Of a stretch of 64,000 bases of DNA, positions 7,585-14,395 are shown one piece after another. A program made the translations under genes and the position numbers. How positions within the stretch are numbered: the first letter of the stretch is position 1; each line of letters begins with the position of its first letter. The DNA is taken from sequence record OQ921332.1, one strand, 5' to 3'. The notes beneath the pieces were generated by a model. That model saw only the letters and a program-made list of their open reading frames with translations. It made no database searches and was not told where the DNA came from. Source of the DNA: Escherichia phage vB_EcoP_PAS59.

Positions 7585-7744
7585 GTTTACCACTGGTAAC
7601 ACTGTTCGCCTTGTTGGCGGTACTCAAACAGGTGTTATTCGTCGGAGAACAACGATTGATGGTGTTCTCTGTTATCTTGTTCAGTGGAATGGTGAGTCTT
7701 CTCCTTCCTTCGAACGTCGTACTGATTTGGTGCTAGTCAAATGA
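7568..7744 (+). CDS. Small protein (58 aa), SH3/KOW-like pattern
   Basis: Internal ATG of ORF 7382..7744, overlapping the end of the previous gene. Confidence 0.45.
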   Translation: MRSKVKFTTGNTVRLVGGTQTGVIRRRTTIDGVLCYLVQWNGESSPSFERRTDLVLVK

Positions 7745-7974
7745 AGATAAACTTCGAAATCATCCCAAAGGTTAAAGAAAAGCAGCTAATCTTCAGTGAT
7801 CTCTCTAACGGGGATATTTTTAAATTTAAGAATGTTGATGCTGATACTTATCTTTGGATGAAAATTGACAAACGGTCTGCCATGAAGTTAAGTGACACTT
7901 CTGACATCACTGATGTATTTATCCATTCTGAAGTCTCTAAGTACAAATACAAAATTATCATTGAGGGTAAGTGA
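7741..7974 (+). CDS. GDxF-family small protein, paralog a
   Basis: LSNGDIFKF motif shared with 6 other ORFs. Confidence 0.65.
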   Translation: MKINFEIIPKVKEKQLIFSDLSNGDIFKFKNVDADTYLWMKIDKRSAMKLSDTSDITDVFIHSEVSKYKYKIIIEGK

Positions 7975-8204
7975 TGAAAATTAATCTCTTCTCTGTAGTT
8001 GTTACTAAAAAGCTCAGTGAGTTACGTCCGGGCGATGTATTCCGTTTACCGACTAACTCTGAAAATGTCTACCTAAAGACAGACACTAGACTTAACGATA
8101 TGCATCGTGTGGTTGGTCTTAGTCAGGGGACACTGTTCCAATTACAGGAAGACCATGAAGTTATCCCTGTACCTGATGTTCAAGTAACTCATATCAATGG
8201 TTAA
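7974..8204 (+). CDS. GDxF-family small protein, paralog b
   Basis: LRPGDVFRL...GLSQGTLFQL...VIPVP; closest to 13948..14199; TGATG overlap. Confidence 0.7.
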   Translation: MKINLFSVVVTKKLSELRPGDVFRLPTNSENVYLKTDTRLNDMHRVVGLSQGTLFQLQEDHEVIPVPDVQVTHING

Positions 8205-8335
8205 GTAACATCGACTTATAGCCCTTGTGTTTATCAGAGGGCTATGTGAGGGTGTTCCTCAATTAACTATAATCTCAACGCCATATGGCTCACCGCTAGG
8301 GCGAGACTTGTCTCAAACATCCGGTGATAGACTAA
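8205..8335 (+). ncRNA. Conserved structured non-coding element, copy A
   Basis: Aligns with 14197-14335; hairpins at 8218-8245, 8247-8261, 8280-8289 and 8303-8314 show compensatory changes between the copies. Confidence 0.5.
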
Positions 8336-8510
8336 AACCTGTTAATTTTCGAACAGCTTTCCGATATGTAGGGGTATGTATCGGTTTGGGATAGAGAACA
8401 ATCTAGGGGTAGAGAGTTCTCGACAGTTAGTACAAGCGGAAGCCTTAACGTGTAGGGCTTCCCTTTATATTAACTGGCAAACCTGCCTCCACCAACAAAG
8501 AGAGAACGAT

Positions 8511-8651
8511 ATGAAGAAGACAACCAAACGTATGAACCGTCCTGAACGTATGGATGCAGTAGCAAATGGTGCTCTGAAGATTGAGTCTGCCATGCTTCGT
8601 CTGACAACTAACATCCGTAAGCGTCAAGGTGATTGGTTCTACGGTGGATAA
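8511..8651 (+). CDS. Small basic protein (46 aa)
   Basis: Internal ATG of ORF 8376..8651 after AGAGAGAA; terminator follows. Confidence 0.45.
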   Translation: MKKTTKRMNRPERMDAVANGALKIESAMLRLTTNIRKRQGDWFYGG

Positions 8652-8660
8652 TTAATAATG

Positions 8661-8690
8661 GGCTGCCCTTCGGGGTGGCCTTTGTTGTTT
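8661..8690 (+). terminator. Rho-independent terminator
   Basis: GGCTGCCC-TTCG-GGGTGGCC followed by TTTGTTGTTTT. Confidence 0.7.
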
Positions 8691-8734
8691 TAATTAAGGG
8701 ACAACTCTTAATTAAACTAACAAGAGAGGTTGAT

Positions 8735-8986
8735 ATGTTCAATCGTTTATTTGACCGTAAAGGTCGCACTGACATACTGATACCCTCTATCGGTGTGCCA
8801 GCTAAGTTCGGTGAGATACGTGCTGGTGATTTCTTCATGGAATCAGGTCGTCTTCATCTGAAGATTAATCTTGAACACGCTGTAGAAATCCTCAGTGATG
8901 ATAAGCCAATCATTGGCACTTCGGTGTACAGTGCAAACCATACTGTATTTGTTGTCAACGTCCAGATTGAGATTAAAAAGCCATGA
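8735..8986 (+). CDS. GDxF-family small protein, paralog c
   Basis: ATG 8735 after AGAGAGG; IRAGDFFM motif. Confidence 0.6.
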   Translation: MFNRLFDRKGRTDILIPSIGVPAKFGEIRAGDFFMESGRLHLKINLEHAVEILSDDKPIIGTSVYSANHTVFVVNVQIEIKKP

Positions 8987-9291
8987 CAATTTCATCTTCA
9001 ACTCGCTGCAATCCTAATGTAGATATCCGTGCTCAAATGTCTAAGATGCCCGGTGTTACTCATTTAGAGTTCACCTACAGTCACTCGCGGTATGAACCGG
9101 GCTTTACTGTGGTAATAAAATCTCCGTGGTTAACAATGACATTGTTCTCGGATGAAGTTGAGAAGGCGGTGAATGGTATTAAGTCAGGCGGACTTAAACT
9201 TTTATCCACTGAACTGGCTGATGAGTTCATGCCTCTTATCCGTAAAGGTGTGGCTAAAATGAACAAAATGATGGAGGCTGCAAAGCAATGA
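8983..9291 (+). CDS. Hypothetical protein
   Basis: ORF, ATGA-coupled. Confidence 0.6.
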   Translation: MTISSSTRCNPNVDIRAQMSKMPGVTHLEFTYSHSRYEPGFTVVIKSPWLTMTLFSDEVEKAVNGIKSGGLKLLSTELADEFMPLIRKGVAKMNKMMEAAKQ

Positions 9292-9542
9292 CAAACTTCC
9301 GAGCAGCAGTTATTACGAAAGTAATAGCAGTTGGTGATGTAATGATGCAAGTTCCTCTGAACACTCGTTACATTGCCATTGACCGAATGGGTTATGTGTG
9401 GGCTTGGAAGTGGAAGCCTACTTACAATGAACTGTTCGACGAATACCAGTGCGCTGGGCCTTACATGCCAACGTTGGTTGGTGTGTATGAAGACGGTCCT
9501 TGTCGTACTCCTCAGTTAATTGAACTACCGGCGTGTGCTTAG
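9288..9542 (+). CDS. Hypothetical protein
   Basis: ORF, ATGA-coupled. Confidence 0.6.
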   Translation: MTNFRAAVITKVIAVGDVMMQVPLNTRYIAIDRMGYVWAWKWKPTYNELFDEYQCAGPYMPTLVGVYEDGPCRTPQLIELPACA

Positions 9543-9543
9543 T

Positions 9544-9708
9544 ATGATTAAATGGTTCAAGCGTCTTGTGCATCTGCATGATTGGGTAATCCTTGAAAAA
9601 TATACGCTGAAGATTACTGACGATCACGGTGGGACAAAGCACAAAGGTCTTCGCTATATTATGCAGTGTAAAGTGTGTGGTCATGTTACCAAGCGTGACA
9701 TGATCTAA
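9544..9708 (+). CDS. MIKWFKRL/CKVCG small protein, tandem paralog 1
   Basis: Internal ATG of ORF 9520..9708; MIKWFKRLVHLHDW...CKVCGHVTKRDMI. Confidence 0.6.
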   Translation: MIKWFKRLVHLHDWVILEKYTLKITDDHGGTKHKGLRYIMQCKVCGHVTKRDMI

Positions 9709-9717
9709 GGGATCATT

Positions 9718-9882
9718 ATGATTAAATGGTTCAAGCGTCTCTTTCATTTCCATGAGTGGGAAGATCTTTCTACTTATGAATTGACGATCACAAATAAACT
9801 TACTGACAGAGAGCGACAAGGGTTGCGTATCTACTCTCGCTGTAAAGTGTGTGGTCTGCACAAGAAAACAGATTTGATCTAA
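9718..9882 (+). CDS. MIKWFKRL/CKVCG small protein, tandem paralog 2 (54 aa, below the ORF-track cutoff)
   Basis: My translation: MIKWFKRLFHFHEWEDLSTYELTITNKLTDRERQGLRIYSRCKVCGLHKKTDLI. Confidence 0.6.
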   Translation: MIKWFKRLFHFHEWEDLSTYELTITNKLTDRERQGLRIYSRCKVCGLHKKTDLI

Positions 9883-9890
9883 GGGGTGTT

Positions 9891-10100
9891 ATGTTCTTTC
9901 GTAAGAAAAAGCCCGAAGATTCTGGATGTAAACATGAATGGGTGGTCACTGAAAACTTACATATCACTCACGCTAAAGACACTCCAGTAGAGAGAAAAGA
10001 ATCTCGTGTATCTCGCATCTGTAAACACTGTTTGAAAATAGAACAGCATAAAGTTCCCGGTCATATCGGTCATGATGTGGCCTTGCGTATTTTCAGTTAA
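9891..10100 (+). CDS. Related CxxC small protein, tandem paralog 3
   Basis: Internal ATG of ORF 9849..10100; ...CKHEW...ICKHCLK. Confidence 0.55.
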   Translation: MFFRKKKPEDSGCKHEWVVTENLHITHAKDTPVERKESRVSRICKHCLKIEQHKVPGHIGHDVALRIFS

Positions 10101-10109
10101 ACAAATCCA

Positions 10110-10185
10110 GCACCCTTAGCTCAATGGACAGAGCAGCGACCTTCTAAGTCGTTGGTTACAGGTTCGAATCCTGTAGGGTGCACCA
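10110..10185 (+). tRNA. tRNA-Arg (anticodon UCU), CCA encoded
   Basis: Acceptor stem GCACCCT/AGGGTGC, anticodon stem GCGAC/GTCGT, loop CTTCTAA, T-arm GGTTCGAATCC, 3' ACCA. Confidence 0.9.
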
Positions 10186-10203
10186 ATCAACGTAGGAGGG
10201 TTT

Positions 10204-10344
10204 ATGACCCCTGAGTTTAATGAGTGGTTCGATGATATCTTTACTTCTCCTTTGTTCAGCGAAGAAGAAAGAGAAGAACTTAAAACCTACCTATGGATGG
10301 CTTGGCGAGATAGCCGCCGTAAGGCGCTTCAGGAGGGATCATGA
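10204..10344 (+). CDS. Small protein (46 aa) with ELKTY.W.AWRDSRRK motif, paralog 1
   Basis: My translation: MTPEFNEWFDDIFTSPLFSEEEREELKTYLWMAWRDSRRKALQEGS; paralog at 11879. Confidence 0.55.
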   Translation: MTPEFNEWFDDIFTSPLFSEEEREELKTYLWMAWRDSRRKALQEGS

Positions 10345-10667
10345 GCTGGGGTGGTGTAATTACCTTAACCTGTATCTTTATCGCCTGTGTAGCTCTTACA
10401 GGCTGTGTACAGCATCGTCCTGATGGGTGGTGTGCATTATCTGTAGAAGGTGTCTGTGTTTCCCGTTGGCATAGTGGGGAGAAGGTTCCTAGCGGTGAAA
10501 TTGATATGCGTTATGCTGGCGCTTCTTGTTCTAATGGCGGTGCTGTTGACGAGAAAGCTTATGCAAAACGTGACATGGAAACACAAGGTGATTGGTCACG
10601 ATACGACTTCATCTCCCGTGGTGTACAGTGTAGTGGCTCTGTGACAACAACAGGTAAGGAGTGGTGA
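10341..10667 (+). CDS. Predicted lipoprotein
   Basis: Signal peptide with lipobox VALTG/C; ATGA-coupled. Confidence 0.7.
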   Translation: MSWGGVITLTCIFIACVALTGCVQHRPDGWCALSVEGVCVSRWHSGEKVPSGEIDMRYAGASCSNGGAVDEKAYAKRDMETQGDWSRYDFISRGVQCSGSVTTTGKEW

Positions 10668-10668
10668 T

Positions 10669-10923
10669 ATGTCTAGTCATTATTCTGATACGAAAGCTTT
10701 ACTGGAAACAGCGGCTCAGACTTCATGCCAACAGCAAGTAAAAATGTTGTTGGTTGATATTCGTAATCTGCGTTGGCTTATCAAAGAAGGTCATATCGGA
10801 AACGCTGCCTATTACAACGTTAAAGATATCCTTCGCCGCCAGCACTTTCTTATCCACGGAAACGTGGTCACTCGCAACTATCAGTGGAATGGTCAATGGT
10901 TACAGCAGCGTATGTCCTCCTGA
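10669..10923 (+). CDS. Hypothetical protein
   Basis: ORF with GGAG upstream. Confidence 0.55.
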   Translation: MSSHYSDTKALLETAAQTSCQQQVKMLLVDIRNLRWLIKEGHIGNAAYYNVKDILRRQHFLIHGNVVTRNYQWNGQWLQQRMSS

Positions 10924-11150
10924 TTTATGTTATTGGTTGGTGGTTAGCAGCCATCGTAGTTAAGTGGTGCTTCAAAACCAATACATTCTATAACTTCTTC
11001 CACAACCCGTGGAGTGGTAAGCCTGATGAATATTCTATCTGGATAGTAATATTCTTCTGGCCTATTTTGTTATTATTCCTCTTACTCATCCCTTTCATGC
11101 TCCTGTTAGGGTGGGTGTTGGACAAGATGACAATCTTTATTATACATTGA
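10884..11150 (+). CDS. Two-TM membrane protein, paralog 1
   Basis: LLIYVIGWW...IVIFFWPILLLF; similar to 11622..11870; start uncertain. Confidence 0.55.
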   Translation: MEWSMVTAAYVLLIYVIGWWLAAIVVKWCFKTNTFYNFFHNPWSGKPDEYSIWIVIFFWPILLLFLLLIPFMLLLGWVLDKMTIFIIH

Positions 11151-11248
11151 AAGAAAGGATTAATAAAACCCACTTCATCATGTATGGTCGTACTAGAAGT
11201 TATATCAAGTATGACTTTTGGAACTCTTACTACGGTTAGGATGTTATT

Positions 11249-11470
11249 ATGAAACTGAATTCTAAACAGTGCCTTAAAACTGTTGAACTATCCTCCCTCT
11301 CTAATGGGGATGTTTTTGGGCACGATAAACATTTCTGGATTAAAACAGATTTCTTAAATGACGGGTACATCACCTGCGTCAATCTTTGGAATGGTTCGGT
11401 AGATGGTTATCGCCCTAGTGCACAAGTGGTTCCTCAGCCTGATGCAAAGGTTGTAGGTTTAGTCTACTAA
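11249..11470 (+). CDS. GDxF-family small protein, paralog d
   Basis: LSNGDVFG motif. Confidence 0.65.
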   Translation: MKLNSKQCLKTVELSSLSNGDVFGHDKHFWIKTDFLNDGYITCVNLWNGSVDGYRPSAQVVPQPDAKVVGLVY

Positions 11471-11479
11471 GGAATTCAT

Positions 11480-11653
11480 ATGGCTTGCTATGGTGGTGGT
11501 GAAGTGTGTGACGATGATGACATGGAATCCAACGGAGAGTGCCCTGACTGTGGGTGTGAGACGTGGAATGGTGTGTCAGTATATCCTGCCTGTAGTTATT
11601 CACCAGTGATTTGTAAAACATGTGGAGATCAACCTTGTGATCAGTCCTGTTAG
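11480..11653 (+). CDS. Cys-rich small protein (57 aa)
   Basis: My translation: MACYGGGEVCDDDDMESNGECPDCGCETWNGVSVYPACSYSPVICKTCGDQPCDQSC; 12 Cys. Confidence 0.45.
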   Translation: MACYGGGEVCDDDDMESNGECPDCGCETWNGVSVYPACSYSPVICKTCGDQPCDQSC

Positions 11654-11870
11654 TGTGTTAATAGTCTACCTGATAGGTATTGTGTTAACCTCAGCTCTGA
11701 TAAAATTCCTTGATGTAAAAGGTAGTGTCGAGTTCAGAGGATGGGGTAACGAACCAAACCTATCAAAGATAGCAATTATAGTTTTTCTATGGCCCATTGT
11801 TGCTGTGATGTTTATATCCCTTTGCTTGTGGGCAGGGCTGTGGGGTTTCATTCTTCCTAAAAAGGAGTAG
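11622..11870 (+). CDS. Two-TM membrane protein, paralog 2
   Basis: LIVYLIGIV...IIVFLWPIVAVMF; start uncertain (GTG options). Confidence 0.55.
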   Translation: MEINLVISPVSVLIVYLIGIVLTSALIKFLDVKGSVEFRGWGNEPNLSKIAIIVFLWPIVAVMFISLCLWAGLWGFILPKKE

Positions 11871-11878
11871 GGGTATTT

Positions 11879-12010
11879 ATGACTAAAGAATTTTTAGAGT
11901 GGTTTGGAAATACCTTCAAAGAATATCTATTCTCTCCAGAAGACTTTGAAGAGCTGAAAACCTACACTTGGTTGGCTTGGAGAGATAGCCGACGAAAAAT
12001 GAATAAGTAA
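11879..12010 (+). CDS. Small protein (43 aa) with ELKTY.W.AWRDSRRK motif, paralog 2
   Basis: My translation: MTKEFLEWFGNTFKEYLFSPEDFEELKTYTWLAWRDSRRKMNK. Confidence 0.55.
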   Translation: MTKEFLEWFGNTFKEYLFSPEDFEELKTYTWLAWRDSRRKMNK

Positions 12011-12305
12011 TATCGTGAAGGACTCTTACGAGAGTCCTTTGAGATAGGACTTCAGATCTTCTATCAAACTAACTTTCACGTAACTAGCCCATAAGGGCGT
12101 TACCCTTCAATAACCCAGCCCACTAAGGGGGCGGGAGTTTAGTGCTGGAAAAGCATAACGCTTATCCTACAAAGGCAACCGATTGTTAGATCTTACATGC
12201 AATATTAATTAATAGGATATGGGAGGATTCGTCCCCTCCCCCTATTTATGAAAGCATTCTCCCGAGAGTTCTCTCATAAATTGGTCCATAACTAAAGGTG
12301 GTAAA

Positions 12306-12560
12306 ATGAAAGTTAACAAACCAGCCAGTAAGAACGCAATACCACTCAGCGCTCTGCGTCTTGGGGATTGCTTCATGTACCCTAACAGTGAAGATGGTGA
12401 TTTGTATATCTTACTGTCTACAGAGTTCTCCACTCGTTTGTGCATTAAGGGTGCGGACGAGCACAGACTTGTAGCCTGTCTTAACACAGGCCGAGCGACA
12501 GCTCCTCGTAAAGATGTTGCTGTTATTCCTATTAAAGCTGAAGCAACTATTAAGGAGTAA
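12306..12560 (+). CDS. GDxF-family small protein, paralog e
   Basis: LRLGDCFMY motif; AAAGGTGG RBS. Confidence 0.65.
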   Translation: MKVNKPASKNAIPLSALRLGDCFMYPNSEDGDLYILLSTEFSTRLCIKGADEHRLVACLNTGRATAPRKDVAVIPIKAEATIKE

Positions 12561-12563
12561 GCA

Positions 12564-12827
12564 ATGGCTCTGACCATTAACAAAACTCGTATTGCGGATA
12601 TTCCTCTAATGGTGGCAGGTGTTTCTATCGGTTCTTTCTTTACTTTGAAAGAAGATAAAGAACAAACCATTTACATGAAAGTGAACAAAAGCTCTAATGG
12701 TTGTGAATACCACCGAGCTGTGTCTGTGCAGAGTGGATACGTTCGTAATATGGCATCCAATATGCCAGTTGGTGTTGTGTTTGAATCAGCAACTCTGGAT
12801 TTAGTGGAGAAGATCAGTGAAACATAA
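12564..12827 (+). CDS. GDxF-family-like small protein, paralog f (divergent)
   Basis: SIGSFFTLKED...YMKV pattern. Confidence 0.55.
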   Translation: MALTINKTRIADIPLMVAGVSIGSFFTLKEDKEQTIYMKVNKSSNGCEYHRAVSVQSGYVRNMASNMPVGVVFESATLDLVEKISET

Positions 12828-13074
12828 AGACCATCCAAAGTATGTATCGCTATTGGATGCAGCCCTTCTCTGCACGTACTGGCTCCTTATTGTTATTGGG
12901 GTTGTGCTAATGATATGTGGTGTCGTACAGTTCTTTATGTATCTGCAAAGCGTGTTAGATACCACATTAGCTAACACTATAATCCTTGCAATTCTCGGTG
13001 TTATTGCTTTCTGTGTGATTGTCTTCTTCGTTTGGTTATCTATGAACGACGACTCTACACACACCTTCTATTGA
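12817..13074 (+). CDS. Membrane protein (2-3 TM)
   Basis: Hydrophobic segments LLCTYWLLIVIGVVLMICGVV and ILAILGVIAFCVIVFFVWL. Confidence 0.6.
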   Translation: MKHKDHPKYVSLLDAALLCTYWLLIVIGVVLMICGVVQFFMYLQSVLDTTLANTIILAILGVIAFCVIVFFVWLSMNDDSTHTFY

Positions 13075-13273
13075 CAGGAGAAAATCAGTGAGAAAACGTG
13101 CCTACTCTGAAGAAGAAATGGTTAACTTGAAAGGCTTCGGTCAACGACAGCCTGACGGTTCAGTTATCTGGTACATTAACGGACAGAAAAAGGCAAGTAA
13201 ATAAGCCCTCTTCTCTCCTCCTTTTAACTACTATGACGCCTCTCTTTTCGGCGCTGTTTTGGAGCTTCAAAAA

Positions 13274-13687
13274 ATGGCTGGGAAATTCCCCAACGTAAGC
13301 AAGAAATTGGCTTACCTCACGTATAAAGAAAACATTGATCTTCTGGTCAAGCTTTATCCGGCTTCATTCAACAAGCAATTCCCTCTTCCTTTGGAGCTTA
13401 ACATCCATAAGGAAATAGCCCGTAAGACCGGTTGGTCAGCGGAGAAAACAAGCATGGTGCTCAACATCTGGACTACTCGTATGGAGTATGTGATGATGGC
13501 CTGTAGCACTGGTAAACGCTTCAAGCTGCACTCTGTAGCTATGAAGATTCGTAGCCCTATCGACCCTGAGCCGATGGCTGGGTTCAGTAGCCGTTTGAAA
13601 TCTTTCCGTGATCGTGGTCGTGTAGTGAAATTCAAGCATGACTTCTCTTACAAGTTTGGATACGAAGCGTTCCAATTTGTTGTTTAA
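13274..13687 (+). CDS. ProQ/FinO-domain-like RNA-binding protein
   Basis: LVKLYPASFNKQFPLPLELNIHKEIARKTGWSAEKTSMVLNIWTTRMEYVMMACSTGKRFKL aligns by eye with the ProQ N-terminal domain (FP.cF....PLKIGI..dl....s...lr.al..Yt....Y......g..R.dL). Confidence 0.55.
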   Translation: MAGKFPNVSKKLAYLTYKENIDLLVKLYPASFNKQFPLPLELNIHKEIARKTGWSAEKTSMVLNIWTTRMEYVMMACSTGKRFKLHSVAMKIRSPIDPEPMAGFSSRLKSFRDRGRVVKFKHDFSYKFGYEAFQFVV

Positions 13688-13714
13688 TCTCTCTTTAAAA
13701 TAAGGTAATAAAAC

Positions 13715-13948
13715 ATGTCTAAAGTTAGCGCAATTGATGCCATCCGTCAGCCGTTCCAGTTCCAGTCTAAATCAACTCAGACCCACAGCGAACCTAAACA
13801 GATTCGTCTGGGCGGTACAGAGAAGACTGTATTTGATATTGCGAAAAACAAAAGCGTAACCATCGTCGAAGGCGGCGAACTGGTTAATGTTTCCCACCGT
13901 ATTCGCACTGGCAAGACTGCCAAAGATCGTGCTAAGAAAGGTTTGTAA
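13715..13948 (+). CDS. Hypothetical protein
   Basis: ORF; AAGGTAATAAAACATG. Confidence 0.6.
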   Translation: MSKVSAIDAIRQPFQFQSKSTQTHSEPKQIRLGGTEKTVFDIAKNKSVTIVEGGELVNVSHRIRTGKTAKDRAKKGL

Positions 13949-14199
13949 TGCAAATTTCCAATAAAACACCTCCTGAGCCTACTGTTCAAGTAAAAGATAT
14001 GACACCGGGAGATGTGTTTCGTTCGGTTGAATATCCGGGGGAATTCTTTATCCGAACCCCTTCTGCCTCTGTTGATGGTGTCACTAAGCCGGTAACAGCA
14101 GTTCAGTTGAGCACAGGTCATCTCTTCCGTTTAGAGCTTGACATGGCAGCTATTCCTGTTCCGACAGCAATCCTCCGCTTCGACGGAGACACAGAGTAA
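13948..14199 (+). CDS. GDxF-family small protein, paralog g
   Basis: MTPGDVFRS...LSTGHLFRL...AIPVP. Confidence 0.7.
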   Translation: MQISNKTPPEPTVQVKDMTPGDVFRSVEYPGEFFIRTPSASVDGVTKPVTAVQLSTGHLFRLELDMAAIPVPTAILRFDGDTE

Positions 14200-14335
14200 C
14201 ATCTATAGCCCTCGTGAGTATCAGAGGGCTATGTGAGCTATTCTGGCTCAACTAACCTAATCTTAATTTAATCTTACCCGTATGGGGCCGATGCTAGGGA
14301 GAGGAACAATCCTCAAACATCCGTCGGATAGAATA
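14197..14335 (+). ncRNA. Conserved structured non-coding element, copy B
   Basis: Aligns with 8205-8335; hairpins at 14205-14232, 14234-14250, 14277-14286 and 14301-14314. Confidence 0.5.
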
Positions 14336-14395
14336 TTTTAAGAGCAGGTTATCCACAGATATTGGGTGATATCTATTTAATTGGCCTTAAAGCTT

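Noticed and set aside
9418-9861. 147-aa minus-strand ORF spanning the tandem CxxC gene triplet
   Set aside because: It lies antisense to three + strand paralogs that have RBSs and conserved protein motifs. It has no RBS and an odd composition (His/Thr/Phe-rich). All surrounding genes are on the + strand, so it is most likely a shadow ORF.
12242-12670. 142-aa minus-strand ORF
   Set aside because: It is antisense to two GDxF-family genes and extends into a structured intergenic region. It has no RBS and no family resemblance. It is probably a shadow ORF.
13777-14121. 114-aa minus-strand ORF, plus others at 13354-13675 opposite the ProQ-like gene
   Set aside because: These are antisense to well-supported + strand genes, Arg/Cys-rich, and have no translation signals.
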